Shown in pieces: positions 25,506-38,040 of a DNA stretch of 64,000 bases. Source of the DNA: Octopus vulgaris (taxonomy: Eukaryota). The DNA is taken from contig OX597821.1 in the NCBI GenBank assembly GCA_951406725.2, positions 50,282,001 through 50,346,000 on the forward strand, given 5' to 3'. The notes beneath the pieces were generated by a model. The model saw nothing but the letters and a program-made list of their open reading frames with translations. It had not been told where the DNA came from and searched no databases. A program made the position numbers and the translations under genes. Numbering within the stretch: position 1 is the stretch's first letter; each line of letters begins with the position of its first letter.

Positions 25506-27474
25506 AAGTAAAGTATCTAGTTCTAAAATCTCTATAAGAGATATGAGGAGTAATAACAATACTGGAAAGTAATGTTTGTTGTCACATCAACATGGCTGTT
25601 CCATACGGAACTGCATTACAACCATTTCCTAAACCCCAGGAGGACATCTCCTCCAGCTGGTTAACAACACAACCTGTGTCCGACACAGTACTGGGGTCAA
25701 TTCGTTAAACTAAAATTCTTCAAGCGGTACCCCAGCATGGCTGCAGTCTAATGACAGAAACAAGTAAAAGATGTGTGTGTGTGTGTGTGTGAGTGTGTTA
25801 CTGTCTCCTTGCCTTAACATCACATGTTAATTAATTGTAAGCAAGTGTCACCATCATGCAAGCACTGTCCTTCATTTCTATTATTCTGTGAAAATATGTC
25901 TGGCCATAGAAACAGGCGAAGGTTGGTGAAAGGAAAGGCATCCAGCTGTAGAAAATCCACCCTGATAAACTCTGTCAAACCCATGCAAGCAAGGAAATGT
26001 ACATGATGATGATGAATGCCAGTTCTATTGTCTATTTTGTCTATTTTGCCATGGTGGATCATACACACACACACATATATATACACACATATATATAAAC
26101 AGTGTAATATGAAGTGTGTGGGAGAGAAGGAGGGGAAGATAGATGAAGAATAGGTGAGGAAGAAAAGAAAGATAGATGGTTGAGAGGATGGATGGACAGA
26201 TAGATGAACAAATAGATAGAAGGAAGTTAAGGACTGAACCAAAATGGCAATAATTACAGACATTTTCTTGTATTCTCGGACAACACATATTTTAGCTAGA
26301 TTGCCAAACAGTCATTCAGTAAGAAAAGTGAAATAACGAAATAACTATTTATGTCACAATAGAAGAACTGAGGTAAAGATAAACACCTGTTTTGAGAAGA
26401 CAGGCAGACAGATAAAGAAAGACATACTCAAGTAAAATTGTCAAGTGAAAATGTTACTTCGTTTAGACACATATTTCATTAGGAAGTAGACAGAAAATTA
26501 GAAAGGATATTGAGCCAAAAGTCCACCTATACAAGAACACAAACTAATCCAAGTTAAAAACAATGGCAATGGAAACTTTTCCAGGAATTCCTTCCAAATG
26601 AAAAACATAGAATTAGGTTCAGGCTAATATAATTAATGTAGTGAGCTAAAATTAATTTTCAATTAATTGAAATTATAACTATTTGTAGTGAGAAATAATA
26701 TCCTTAGCTCACTACATTATCCTAATCTGCACTTAACATCAAATTATAAATACCTATTTAGAAAAGTATTTGCAAGAATGTCCTTTATTTTTTCTAAAAC
26801 AACCATCAATTTAATTAATGACATATTGTCCAAACTAGAACAAACTTGAAACACTCCACAATACAGCATTTTCCCAGATCTCATCTAAAAAAACCTGTCT
26901 ATAACCTGTTCTTACAATTAACTTTCTCATCATCTTTGGTATTCTTATATTTTGACAATCCTCAACTACCAATGTATTACATTTTTTCACCCAATATTCT
27001 TCACTGTGCACAAGAATTCTTGCTTTTTTTTTTATATACATTTTTAGTCAATTTGTGTTTCACTTTTTTTTATATAACCAACAGAAATCTTGAACCCTTA
27101 CCCCTTGGAATTCATCATCATTACTTAATGTCCCCTTTTCCATGCTGGCATGGGATCTGCAGTTTGACAAGAATAAACAAGCCAAAGGGCTTCCCCAGAT
27201 TGTATCTCTGCTTTGGCATGGTTTCTACAGCTGGATGCCCTTCCTAATGCTGGTCACTTAACAGTGTGTACCAAGTGCTTTATATGTGGCACCAGCACTG
27301 GTAAGTTCACCAGGTACCTGCAAGATGAGACCCCTTGACTGAGTGGGGTATAAAATGGAAAGATAAGACAGCAGGTGTCTTGCTGAAGAGGTGAATACAT
27401 GGTTTGCCTGTCTGGGAAGAGACTGAGAGAGAGAGAGAAAGAGATGTGAATTATTACTTTTAATTCTTTCAATA

Positions 27475-27883
27475 AGGCGCAGGAGTGGATGTGTGGTAAG
27501 TAGCTTGCTTGCCAACCACATGGTTCCTGGTTCAGTCCCACTGCGTGGCACCTAGGGCAAGTGTCTTCTACTATAGCCTTGGGCCGACCAAACCCTTGTG
27601 AATGGATTTGGTAGACGGAAACTGAACAAAAGCCTGTCGTATATATATATATCTATGTATGTATGTGTGTATATATGTTTGTGTGTCTGTGTTTGTCACC
27701 CCAACATCGCTTGACAACCAATGTTGGTGTGTTTACATCGCCGTAACTTAGCAGTTCGGCAAAAGAGACCGATAGAATAAGTACTAGGCTTACAAAGAAT
27801 AAGTCCTGGGGGCGATTTGCTCGACTAAAGGCAGTGCTCCAGCATGGCCACAGTCAAATGACTGAAACAAGTAAAAGAGTAAA
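27475..27883 (+). mobile_element. SINE family A, full length
   Basis: aggcgcaggagtggatgtgtggtaag ... gaaacaagtaaaagagtaaaa. Confidence 0.9.
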
Positions 27884-28394
27884 ACTATGAACACTACTTT
27901 CATCAACAATAGCTATTTTGTAGAATGAAAACACCTCAAAGCGGTCCATGGCAAGTATATGGACAACAAATACAGATAAAAGAAGTACCATACAGTATAT
28001 AAATTCATTCATTAAAATTATCTCTGCCTCAAGAAGATATGCAACAATAACCAAATGGCAACTGGTGTTGGTTTGTTTATGTCCCCATAACTTGATGATT
28101 CAGCAAAAAAGACCACCGGAATAAGTACCAGGCTTTAAAAAAGGTACTGAAGTCAATCTGTTTGAATAAAACCCTTCAAAGCAGAGCTCCAGCATGCTCA
28201 GAGTCCCACTGAAACAAGCAAAATATAAAAGATATATGTGTATATATACTGGGCTTCTTTCAGTTTCCACCTTCTAAAGACTTTGGTCAGCCTGGTGCAA
28301 CAGAAGACACTTGCCCATAGTGCCAAACAGTGGGACTGAACCCAATACCATATGTTAGGAAGCAGCAAACATCCTAACCATACAGTCATGCCTG

Positions 28395-28549
28395 GCTTTG
28401 TGGTCAGATGTTTGTTTCCCAAACACGTTGTTCCAGGTTCAGTCCCACTGCATGACATCTTGTGCAAGTTTCTTTTACTATAGCCTCAGATTGCCCAAAG
28501 CCTTGTGAGAGGATTTGATAGATGGAAACTGAAAGAACCCTGTCACTGT

Positions 28550-28595
<46 letters not shown>

Positions 28596-28920
28596 TATGT
28601 AGATATACACACATGCATATATACACATACACACACACATATATATGTATGTATGTGCTTATCCGAGTACATGTATTTGTGTCTCTTTGTCTTGGCATCA
28701 AGTGGTAGTTGTGAATAAGTTTCAGTCATAATACAAATAGTGTCATTCATTTCCAATATTCTGTGAAAACATGTCTAACCATGAGGAAATATTAGCTTGC
28801 TTGAAAGTAGGTTATGGTTGGTGTCAGGAAAGGCATCCAGCTATAGAAAATCTGCTTCAAATAAACTCTGTCCAACCCATGCAAATAGGGAAAAGTGAAT
28901 GCTGGATGAGGATGATGATT
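28395..28920 (+). mobile_element. SINE with family-A head and type-E tail
   Basis: Head ggttcagtcccactg...gatggaaactgaaagaac; tail aggaaaggcatccagctatagaaaatctgc...ccaacccatgc...gatgatgat. Confidence 0.75.
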
Positions 28921-28927
28921 ATATATA

Positions 28928-29110
28928 TATGGTGAAGAGAAATGTTTATGACTGTGCTATGTATGGCATTGCTGTCAATGCCAATAACCAAATCATTATC
29001 ACAGCTGAAGCAGATGGAACACTGAAGTTCTGGAAGTTCAAGTCAAAACAACTTTTAAAAGAACTGAAACTCAACAGCTATATTGCCAAAATTTTACTAC
29101 ATCGTGAAAG
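28928..29110 (+). pseudogene. WDR36: Orphan WDR36/Utp21-like exon fragment (WD40 repeat) with splice donor
   Basis: YGEEK/(+1 frameshift)/VYDCAMYGIAVNANNQIIITAEADGTLKFWKFKSKQLLKELKLNSYIAKILLHRE then AG|gtaaat. Aligns by eye, from memory, to WDR36 FGKDQAHKGSVRGVAVDGLNQLTVTTGSEGLLKFWNFKNKIL...MLLHRDS. No acceptor; no other exons seen. Confidence 0.8.
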
Positions 29111-29267
29111 GTAAATAAACCACTGACTGTGTATATGTCAGATTAATGAGAGAGGAACTGGAATCATGGGGACAAGTTGCATATGAACCAAGAGGTGCAT
29201 GTCTCATTTGTAACACTTCACATGCAGATATAGGATTATTTACCATCTAGTTCACTTTACTGAATGA

Positions 29268-29890
29268 TTGGTATTAGGAAGGGCATCCAGCTGTAAAAAA
29301 ATCTTGCCAAAACAGTCACAGAAGTTTGGTGCAGGCTTCAGCCTGGCTGGCTCTTGTGGTACCATCCCACCTACGCTAGCATGGAACATGGACAATAAAT
29401 GATGATGATGATGATGATGATATATATATACATATGCATCAAGTTCCTGACAATTTGCTGTGCTAGAGAAGACATGCCAAGCTAAGTAAAATTGTGGCTG
29501 TCCATACTTACAGGCATGTCTTCTACGTGTCTCTCTCAGTCAAGAGATCCTAGTCTTGTGGACTCATGGGTGCTGGTGGCATGTAGAAGTACCCGTGCTG
29601 GTGCCACATAAAACCACCCATGCCAGTGCCACTTGAAGAACCCATAGTGGTTGACACCAGTAAAAACACCCATGCCAATACCCATGTTGGAACCACATAA
29701 AACCACCTACTACATATTGTAAAGTGGTTGACATGAGGAGGGGCATCCAGCTGTAGAAACCAGGCCAAAACAGACAAAAGGAGCTTGGGCAGCCATCAAG
29801 CTGGCCAGTACCTGTCAAACTGTCCGACCCATGCCAGCATGGAGAACAGACATTACAAGATGATGATGATGATAATGATGATGATGATAC
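29268..29890 (+). mobile_element. Two tandem family-D LINE-tail repeats
   Basis: gggcatccagctgta...gcatgga...gatgatgat occurs twice. Confidence 0.8.
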
Positions 29891-30339
29891 ACGTACACCC
29901 ACATATACACATACACAGATGCATTTACTTATATGTGTGAGTGTGTGTGAGGTATTGTTGGGGTGATAGAATTAATTAAGTTTCCTAGTATTCTCATTAC
30001 GTTGTTACTGACATCTAGATTTGGCAACAGGTTTAAACATTAGACATAATATATAATAATAAGTAGTCATTGTTAAATAATACATCTCTTTATATAGCAT
30101 TCATTCCATTACAGTGTGGTTTTCACTAAAATATATAAATAGTTCCTCACTTCACTTTTAGGACATTCATAGATTTTTATATTAGAATACTTCTTTTGTT
30201 TGTTTTGTTTTTGATGGTTTACACAGATATTAAACCTAAGATTGTTTCTTGGTGAGTAATTAAAGATTTGACGCCCCTCTCAGCACCTCAAAAATAATCA
30301 TTTTTAACATTACCACATGCTCAATGAATGTGTATACTC

Positions 30340-30652
30340 AGCCAATTAGGATGACAAGGGTTCCAGTTGTTTTGATCAACAGAACAGCCTGCTCGTGAAA
30401 TTAATAAGTGGATGAGTACTCCATAGATACATGTACTCTTGACATAGTTCACGTGAGATTCAGCATGACACACAGTGTGATAAGGCTGGCCCTTTGAATT
30501 ATACACACTACTCCTTTTTTTCCAGCTGACTGGACTGGAGCAACATGAAATAAAGTATCTGACTCAAGGACGCAATGTGCTGCCAGATATTGAACTCACA
30601 ACCTTACGACTGTGAGCCAGATATCCCAACCACTTAGCCACATACCTTCACA
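30340..30652 (-). mobile_element. SINE family C
   Basis: Reverse complement of the body at 5615 and 31548. Confidence 0.8.
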
Positions 30653-31547
30653 TAAAAGTTTAAAGTTGATTAAATTAACCTCAGTACTTAATTGATATTT
30701 TATTTTATTAATAACAGATGGATGAAAAGCAAAGTTGAGTTCAGTATGATTTGAACTCAGAACCTAAAGAACTGTAAAAAAATACTGTAAGCGTTGTTCT
30801 GCTGCCACCTCCAACAGCAGCAACAACAACATCTCTATATTTAAACTGGAAGTATTTCAGAAGAACAAAATAGAAATTCAACATTTATGGCAATAACATG
30901 TTTTTTTTTATGAAAATACAGATAAAACTAGTGTCTAAAAATAGGTGCTAACTTTCCATAAAAATACATCTATAATTAAACAAAGTCAATATCATGGAGG
31001 AAAAAAAAATCATTTGTTACATTTTATTGTTTTAATTATAAAACAAAATTAAAACTATATTTACTTCAAATATTTTTCAAAACTGAATACATTAAGATAG
31101 CTCTGTAAATTTTCATATACTGCCAATCAATTTTTCAAGCAATAATGTTCTAAGTGGATGCACAACCAATTATTTATTAACTATGAAATGGAAGTCATAC
31201 TTATTTTTGTAGCTAAGGGATTAATAATAAATTGTATCCAAGAGCACAATATACTACTGTACAATATATGATATATATGATTGTTAATATAAAGATCACA
31301 ATCCATGTACTTCTAATGAAACATAAAAGAAAAATGTTTTTACTCCAAGAGAATATATCTACCTGTCTCTGCTTATCTATTTTCACTTTACAAGAAACAA
31401 CCACTCCTATGAATTTAGAGAGATAGTAATGAGGACATATGCCAGTATATTGCCATTATACAACACAAAAACGATTTCAGTGGAACTTACCAGTATCCCT
31501 ATAAATGAGACATTACTATCCTTATTTATTTATCTTTACACATTCAC

Positions 31548-31870
31548 GTGAAGGCACATGGCTAAGTGGTTGAGGTATTCAGCTCGCAATCATACGGCTG
31601 TGAGTATGATACCTTGACAGCGTTTTGTGTCTTTGAACAAAACACTTTATTTCATGTTGCTCCAGTCCACTCAGCTGGCAAAAGTGAGTAGTGCCTATAA
31701 ATCAAAGGGCCAGCCTTGTCACATTCTGTGTCATGCTGAATCTCCCTGTGAACTACATTAAAGGTACACATGTTTGTGGAGCTCTCATCCACCCACACAT
31801 TAATTTCATGAGCAGGCTGTTCCATTGGTCAGATTGACTGGAACCTTCATCGTCATAACTGAGTGCCACA
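31548..31870 (+). mobile_element. SINE family C
   Basis: gtgaaggcacatggctaagtggttgaggtattc...ttgctccagtccactcagctggcaaaagtgag. Confidence 0.85.
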
Positions 31871-32822
31871 CATACACTAAACATGTGGCTATGTTAAAAA
31901 TAATTATTTCTGAGGTGCTGAGAGGGGTGTCATGCATAACCATGTTAAGTGGATCTGCTGTCAATGTGTAGCTATATGTCATGTACCTAAATTAAAAATT
32001 AATATCATTGAAGGCAGTGAAGAAGGGCTATCTGTCAGTAAATTTATCTGGAAGAAGGGGCAGTGTCCATGCCCTTCACAGGTCTTCCTAAACCAGTAAG
32101 AGTGATGCCATTAATGTTTTTCTTAAACATTTCTAAAGGGAAAGTTATAAACAAGGTAAACTAATATTCTGGGATGAAAGAATAGGGTATTGTGATTTGT
32201 GTGGGGGCAGGAGGTGAGGAAGACAAAACAAAGCATTGAGAGAAGACAAGGCAAATGGGTCATTAAATACTAGAATGGGAGTGGTATGAGGCTATGCAGC
32301 TCCAAGAAACAGAGGCCATTATAGTAGGGATAATTGTTATATGGAAACCTTAGAAGGCAGGGCTATGCTGATTCCACATAACAAACTTAAAGCTTAGCAT
32401 TCAATCATTACACATTCATAAATTTATCATTAAGCTACCATTCACTGTTGAAGTGTAGTCAGAAATATCATTAGTTTTTAACAACAGTAACCAATTTAAT
32501 ATTGATGAAGGATGAGAAGAAAGAAATGTTTTATTTTGAGTGAAGTTAATTTGCGTTAAGTAATTAAATTTTTCAACTAAATCAATACAGTATAGGCCAA
32601 GACTGCTTCCTACCTTGAATTAAATCTGTGACTGACTAAATACTATAAATATACTAGCGTAGTAGTGCACTCACTAACAACAGAAACCTATGAACTGCAT
32701 TGACAAAAGAAATGAAATTGTTTTACGAATTTCAGCCTCAGTACATCCATCTATAAATTTCTGGTAGTAAATCTTATGAGTTTATCTATCCAACAAAACC
32801 AAAATAAATAAAATTAAAATAT

Positions 32823-32991
32823 AGGCACAAGAGTGACTGTGTGGTAAGAAGCTTGCTTCCTAACCACATGGTTCCGTGTTTGGTACCACTGCCTGGCACT
32901 TTGGGCAAGTGTTTTCTACTATAGCTTCAAGACAACCAAAGCCTTGTGAGTGAATATGACAGACAGAAAAATGAAAGAAGCCCGTTGTGGA

Positions 32992-33026
<35 letters not shown>

Positions 33027-33270
33027 CAAAGAGACAGAGAGACAGAGAGACAGAGAGAGAGAAAGTCTGTATTTGTGTCGCCTCCACTCCACTGTGTTGG
33101 CGTTTACATCCCCATAACTTAGCAGTTTGGCAAAAGAGACAGATAGAATAAGTACCAGGCTTTAAAAAAATAAATTTAAAAAGTACTGGGGTCGATTCAT
33201 TCGACTAAAAATTTTTCAAGGTGGTGCTCCAGCAGTCTTACAACTGAAACAAGTAAAAGAATAAAAGAGA
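32823..33270 (+). mobile_element. SINE family A with internal (GA)n
   Basis: Head and tail as in other copies. Confidence 0.8.
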
Positions 33271-33631
33271 AAACGAAAATAAAATAAAAATCATTTTATT
33301 TTTATTTTTTTCTAGTTTGTTGCATTTCAGTGATTGTGTTATTTCGTTATTGGCATTAAATATTCTTCTAAGGTAGATTGTTAGCTCATTATTATATTTA
33401 TAGATCATATTCTTGAACAAAGCTTAGGTAAACACCATCATCATCATCATACATGTTTTAGCATTTATCTTTGTATCATAATTGATTTGTATTGGCCTTA
33501 CACTAATAAGGCAGAGAGAAAAAAATGTCTCAAGTTGTTTCTTTCTTACTGTCTATAAAGACAGTTAACTACTTTTTAATGTCAGCAGCAATGTAGCTAC
33601 TATCAACTATCATTTTCTGTATATGGCATGT

Positions 33632-34212
33632 ATAAGTTACGGGGACATAAACACACCAGCATCGGTTGTCAAGAGCGATGTTGAGAAAACACAGACACAC
33701 AAACATACACATGCATATATACATATATATATGACGGGCTTCTTTCAGCTTCCGTCTACCAAATCCACTCACAAGGTTTTGGTCGGCCCGAGGCTATAGT
33801 AGAAGACACTTGCCCAAGGTGCCACGCAGTGGGACTGAACCCAGAACCATGTGGTTGGTAAGCAAGCTACTTACCACACAGCCATTCCTATTGATATATA
33901 TATATAAAGAGTCCTGGGGGTGGGGGGTCAATGTAATCGATTGTCCCCCCTTCCCTGCAAATTGCAAATGTCTAAGCACTCCACAGATACACATGTACCC
34001 TTAACATAGTTCTCAGGGTGATTCAGTGTGAGACAGAATGTGACTAGGCTAGATTTTGAATTACATGTACAAATCACTTTTGCCAGCTGAGTGGACTGGA
34101 GCAACATGAAGTAAAGTCTCTTGCTCAAGGCACAATACACTGCCAGGAACCAAATTCATGACTTTACAATCATGAGCTGAATACCCAAACCACCAAGCCA
34201 TGCACCTTCACA
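33632..34212 (-). mobile_element. Adjacent partial SINEs (family A 33632-33890, family C 33970-34212)
   Basis: Both bodies are recognisable. Confidence 0.8.
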
Positions 34213-34223
34213 TTTTATTATTA

Positions 34224-34264
<41 letters not shown>

Positions 34265-34706
34265 GAGTGAGAGAGTAGTGCATGCCATCAAAGTGACACT
34301 GGGGTAAAATATACGAAGCCCAGTATACCCAGCATGACTACCCGTCTGATAAGGGTACACCAGGCACACGCATCACAACCATGTGTGTGCGACATGGTGA
34401 TCTCATATCAAGATCAACAGCGCATCACCTTGCAGGTGGGGCCCAGATAGAATTTTCTTCTGGTCGAGTAACCCATCCTGCTCAAAAGGTCCCTGAATAA
34501 GGATTGTTTAAGGATGTTGAACGAAACACCTATGTTTCCAGAGATGAATTATTCAAACCCCAAAGAATTCCTCTCAACGCATGGTTATGATGCTCCCCCA
34601 CTATTTCTGCTTGTGATCAGAGATGCACATACCATCAGCCACTAAGGGACATGCTCAACTGGTTAAGGTCAAGCAACTGACAAGCAAATCTGTGGTAATG
34701 AGCAGA
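34265..34706 (-). mobile_element. Non-coding retroposed element inside a (TTA)n tract (possible R4/Dong-type 3' UTR)
   Basis: GC-richer ~440-bp block with (TTA)n on both sides; the minus strand ends ...ctctcactcaataataataa. Confidence 0.5.
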
Positions 34707-36254
34707 TTATTATTATTATTATTATTAATAATATTATTATCATTAATAATATTATTATTATTAATAATAATAATATTATTATTATTGCTGATGTCTGATC
34801 TGCAACATTGCAAAATAGTCAATTAGTAGAAAACTTGGTTACAAATTCATCAGATATTGGCCTGATTTTTTTGTTTTTCTTCTTTTCTCAACATTTTATT
34901 GATACTTTCTAACTGAAATCTATAGATGATCTAGCAGTTCATTAGTTATCTAATTCAGATCAGTGAACTACTGGTGAGGTATTGATTAACATACAGTTTT
35001 GTGCTATAACAATTTTATCTCTAATTATACCTTTAATTTAAACTTTCCAGAACATACCTTGCATATATTAGTGCTACATATAGTGAAAATCATCATAATC
35101 ACTACCATCATTTTAACGTCCACTTTTCGATGCTCACATTGGTCTGATGGAATTAGGAAGAGGTGAATTTTTCTACAGTTAGATGCCCTTCCTGTCACCA
35201 ACTCTTGCTTGTTTCAAAGTAAGGTAACATTTCCCCATGACTAGACATGTTTTTATGGATGATTGGACATGAAGAACACTACTTACATAATAACACTCAC
35301 AACTATCATAAGATGTCAAGGCAAGGAGACAGTAATACACATACACACACACATGTGAGCACATATACTGTGGGTTTCTTTCAGCTTCTGTCTACCATAT
35401 CCACTATTCACTCATAAGGCATTGGTCAAACTGAGGCTATAATGTGAGACACTTGCACAAAGTGCCACAGAGTGGTACTGAACCCAGAACCATGTAGTTA
35501 AGAAACAGTCTTTTTACCGTACAGCATTATCTTTTTTTTTTTTTTCTTGTTGTTAATGGTTTTGTTGGAGAAGAATGAACATCTGCTATGATGAGTTTCC
35601 AGAAGCTCTGTGATTGGTGATGAGAGGAAGTTATCCTGAGTGGAATCACTGAGCTGAAAGCTTACAACAGACTGGAACCCACAAAGGTCCCCCAAAGTCC
35701 AAATGGTAGTGTTAAACAGAGTGACATCTAGACTCACAAACAGAAACAGTCCCTCTAATGGGCTTCCACACAGTTTCCATCTACCAAATTGCACTCACAA
35801 GGCTTTGGTCAACCCAAGGCTGTGATGGATTGCACTTGCCCAAAGTGTCACACATTGGTATTTGAACTGAGAACCACATAATTGTGAAATGAATTTCCAA
35901 GGAGCTGTGCCTGAGAAATTCAACATGTCAATAAAAAACACTTCCAGTGAAGATGTTACCTTCTAACTATTAAAACACTGGACAAAATGCTTAGCAGTAA
36001 TTTTTACAGATTTACGTTCAGATTCCAAATTCTAGCAAGATCAATTTTACCTTTCATCTCTTTGGGCGGGTGGGGATAAAATAAGTACCAGTTGAGTGCT
36101 GGTGGTGGGGGGAGGGTTGATGTAATTGACTTACAACCTTCTATAAAATTTCAAGCTTTGAACAAAATGATAATCCATCCAACCCATGTAGAGAGGAGGA
36201 AGGAGGAGGAGGAGGAGAAAAAGGAGAAAAGAAGAAGAAACCATTAACAATTAT

Positions 36255-36391
36255 AAGTGCAGGAGTGGCTGTATGGTAAGTAGCTTGCTTACCAACCACA
36301 TGGTTCCGGGTTCAGTCCCACTACGTGCCACCTTGGGCCGACCAAAGCTTTGTGAGTAGATTTGGTAGACGGAAACTGAAAGAAGCCTGTC

Positions 36392-36425
<34 letters not shown>

Positions 36426-36645
36426 ATGTGTGTGTATGTTTTTATGTCTGTGCTTGTTCCCCCAATCCCAAAATCACTTGACAACCAATGCTGGTGTGTT
36501 AACATCCCCATATCTTAGCGGTTCAGCAAAAGCAACTGATAGAATAAGTACTAGGCTTACAAAGAATAAGTCTTGGGGTCGATTTGCTCGACTAAAGGCG
36601 GTGCTCCTGCATGGCCTCAGTCAAATGACTGAAACAAGTAAAAGA
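36255..36645 (+). mobile_element. SINE family A with internal deletion
   Basis: ccttgggc joins directly to cgaccaaagc, consistent with a microhomology deletion. Confidence 0.85.
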
Positions 36646-37172
36646 GTAATTGGAGCTTTAGGCATGATAAAAAACACTTGAATAAAATACTAGTAATAAT
36701 TGGAACAGGGGGCATGATAAAAAACACATGAATAAAATACGAGTCATAATTGGATCGTTGGGCATGATAGAAAAAAACATGAACAAAAATGTACACACTA
36801 TCCAAAAAATAGCCCTGCTAAGAACAGTCCATATTCTATGCGATACACCATCAATTCAATAATACAACCAAAACAAAACAATCCACAAACACAAGACACA
36901 CTCCACACAGCAAATATCTAATGAAATAAATTACCACCAGCAGGCCAAATACTCAATGCATTATGCACAAAATACAAACACTAATACAATAAAAGACTGC
37001 ATTTAAAAAAAAAAGAAAGAAACTGATGGAATACAATACTAGAAAGAGTTTGCACACTCCCAACAACAAAAAGAACTCACATTGCAGCACACACCCTAGT
37101 AACACAGAGGTGTAGCAGGTGATACAGTAGAAATCTGACTGAAACTATAAAATGTTGAACAATAATGATAAC
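36646..37172 (+). mobile_element. 3' end of R4/Dong-like LINE with triplicated ~50-bp segment
   Basis: A VIGALGMIK-coding unit occurs three times, then HTIQKIALLRTVHILCDTPSIQ* (cf. IQKIALLGTAHILRK), an A/C-rich UTR and a TAA-like tail. Confidence 0.75.
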
Positions 37173-37614
37173 TAGTGGGAACCATGAATATTTCACAGAA
37201 TTACTGGTAAACTTATTGGGTTATTTCTGAAATCTTTATCCAAAAAACTTGAAAGCATAGCCTGTGTTGTGTCTGTATCAAAAGATAGTCACCCATATGC
37301 TAATCATTAAAAAAAATGAAGGAAATTGGAATATGGTGATTACTTAATACACTTTATATACTTCATGCACAATTTTATAGACTTAATACGCAACACTCTC
37401 CCACTCTTTGCCTTCCCCTCTTTTTTCTCTCCTTTTCCTTTTGCTCTTCGCCTTTCCCTTCAACTAATCACATGAAAGTGTTACAGAAAGGCAAAGTAAG
37501 AACGAAAAAAATTTAGTTCAATAAAAAAAATTACACATTTCATTCACCATATCTCTGCTTCCTTCATATACTTTTAGGATTTAGCTTTATCTATGTTCTG
37601 TGTTAAAATTCTTA

Positions 37615-38040
37615 CATCCATCCAACCATCACAATTCTTTGCAGGGTGGGGGCTTGTTTGAGTAGAATCTTCAGGCACCTCATCCAGAGGATATTATCAC
37701 AAGCAACCATTATTAGACTTTCTGGCTAGATTTCCAAAGCATGACCTACTAAGGCTATGGCTATAAACCAACTATCTCATTTTTGGTCTACCCCTAAGTT
37801 CCTGTCCATTGGCTCAGCTTGAAGAACCTGTCTTGTGTTTCTTTCCCCATGATATTTTAATCACATCTGTAATACTGGAGCTGTGACCTCTCAATATGAA
37901 GAAGTAGCAACTTCACCTGGAGAAACTCCCTGATCTTCAAGATAGGTACTCTGTTGAGTTAGTCTAGGGATCATTTGGAGGAACCTCATTTTGGCAGCTT
38001 GTGATTATGATCATTACCCAACATTCATGATCTTTCCTCT
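37615..38040 (-). mobile_element. Decayed RTE (Expander-like) LINE 3' end
   Basis: Minus strand HECWVM..QAAKMRFLQMIPRLT..KIREFLQVKLLLLHIERSQLQYY..RGRPKMR; GGAT-like tail at ~37617. Confidence 0.8.

Noticed and set aside
27475-27550. tRNA gene
   Set aside because: A/B boxes are part of a multi-copy SINE head; no complete cloverleaf or terminator.
31491-31498. Minus-strand micro-exon before gtaagt
   Set aside because: No convincing polypyrimidine tract; too short to support.
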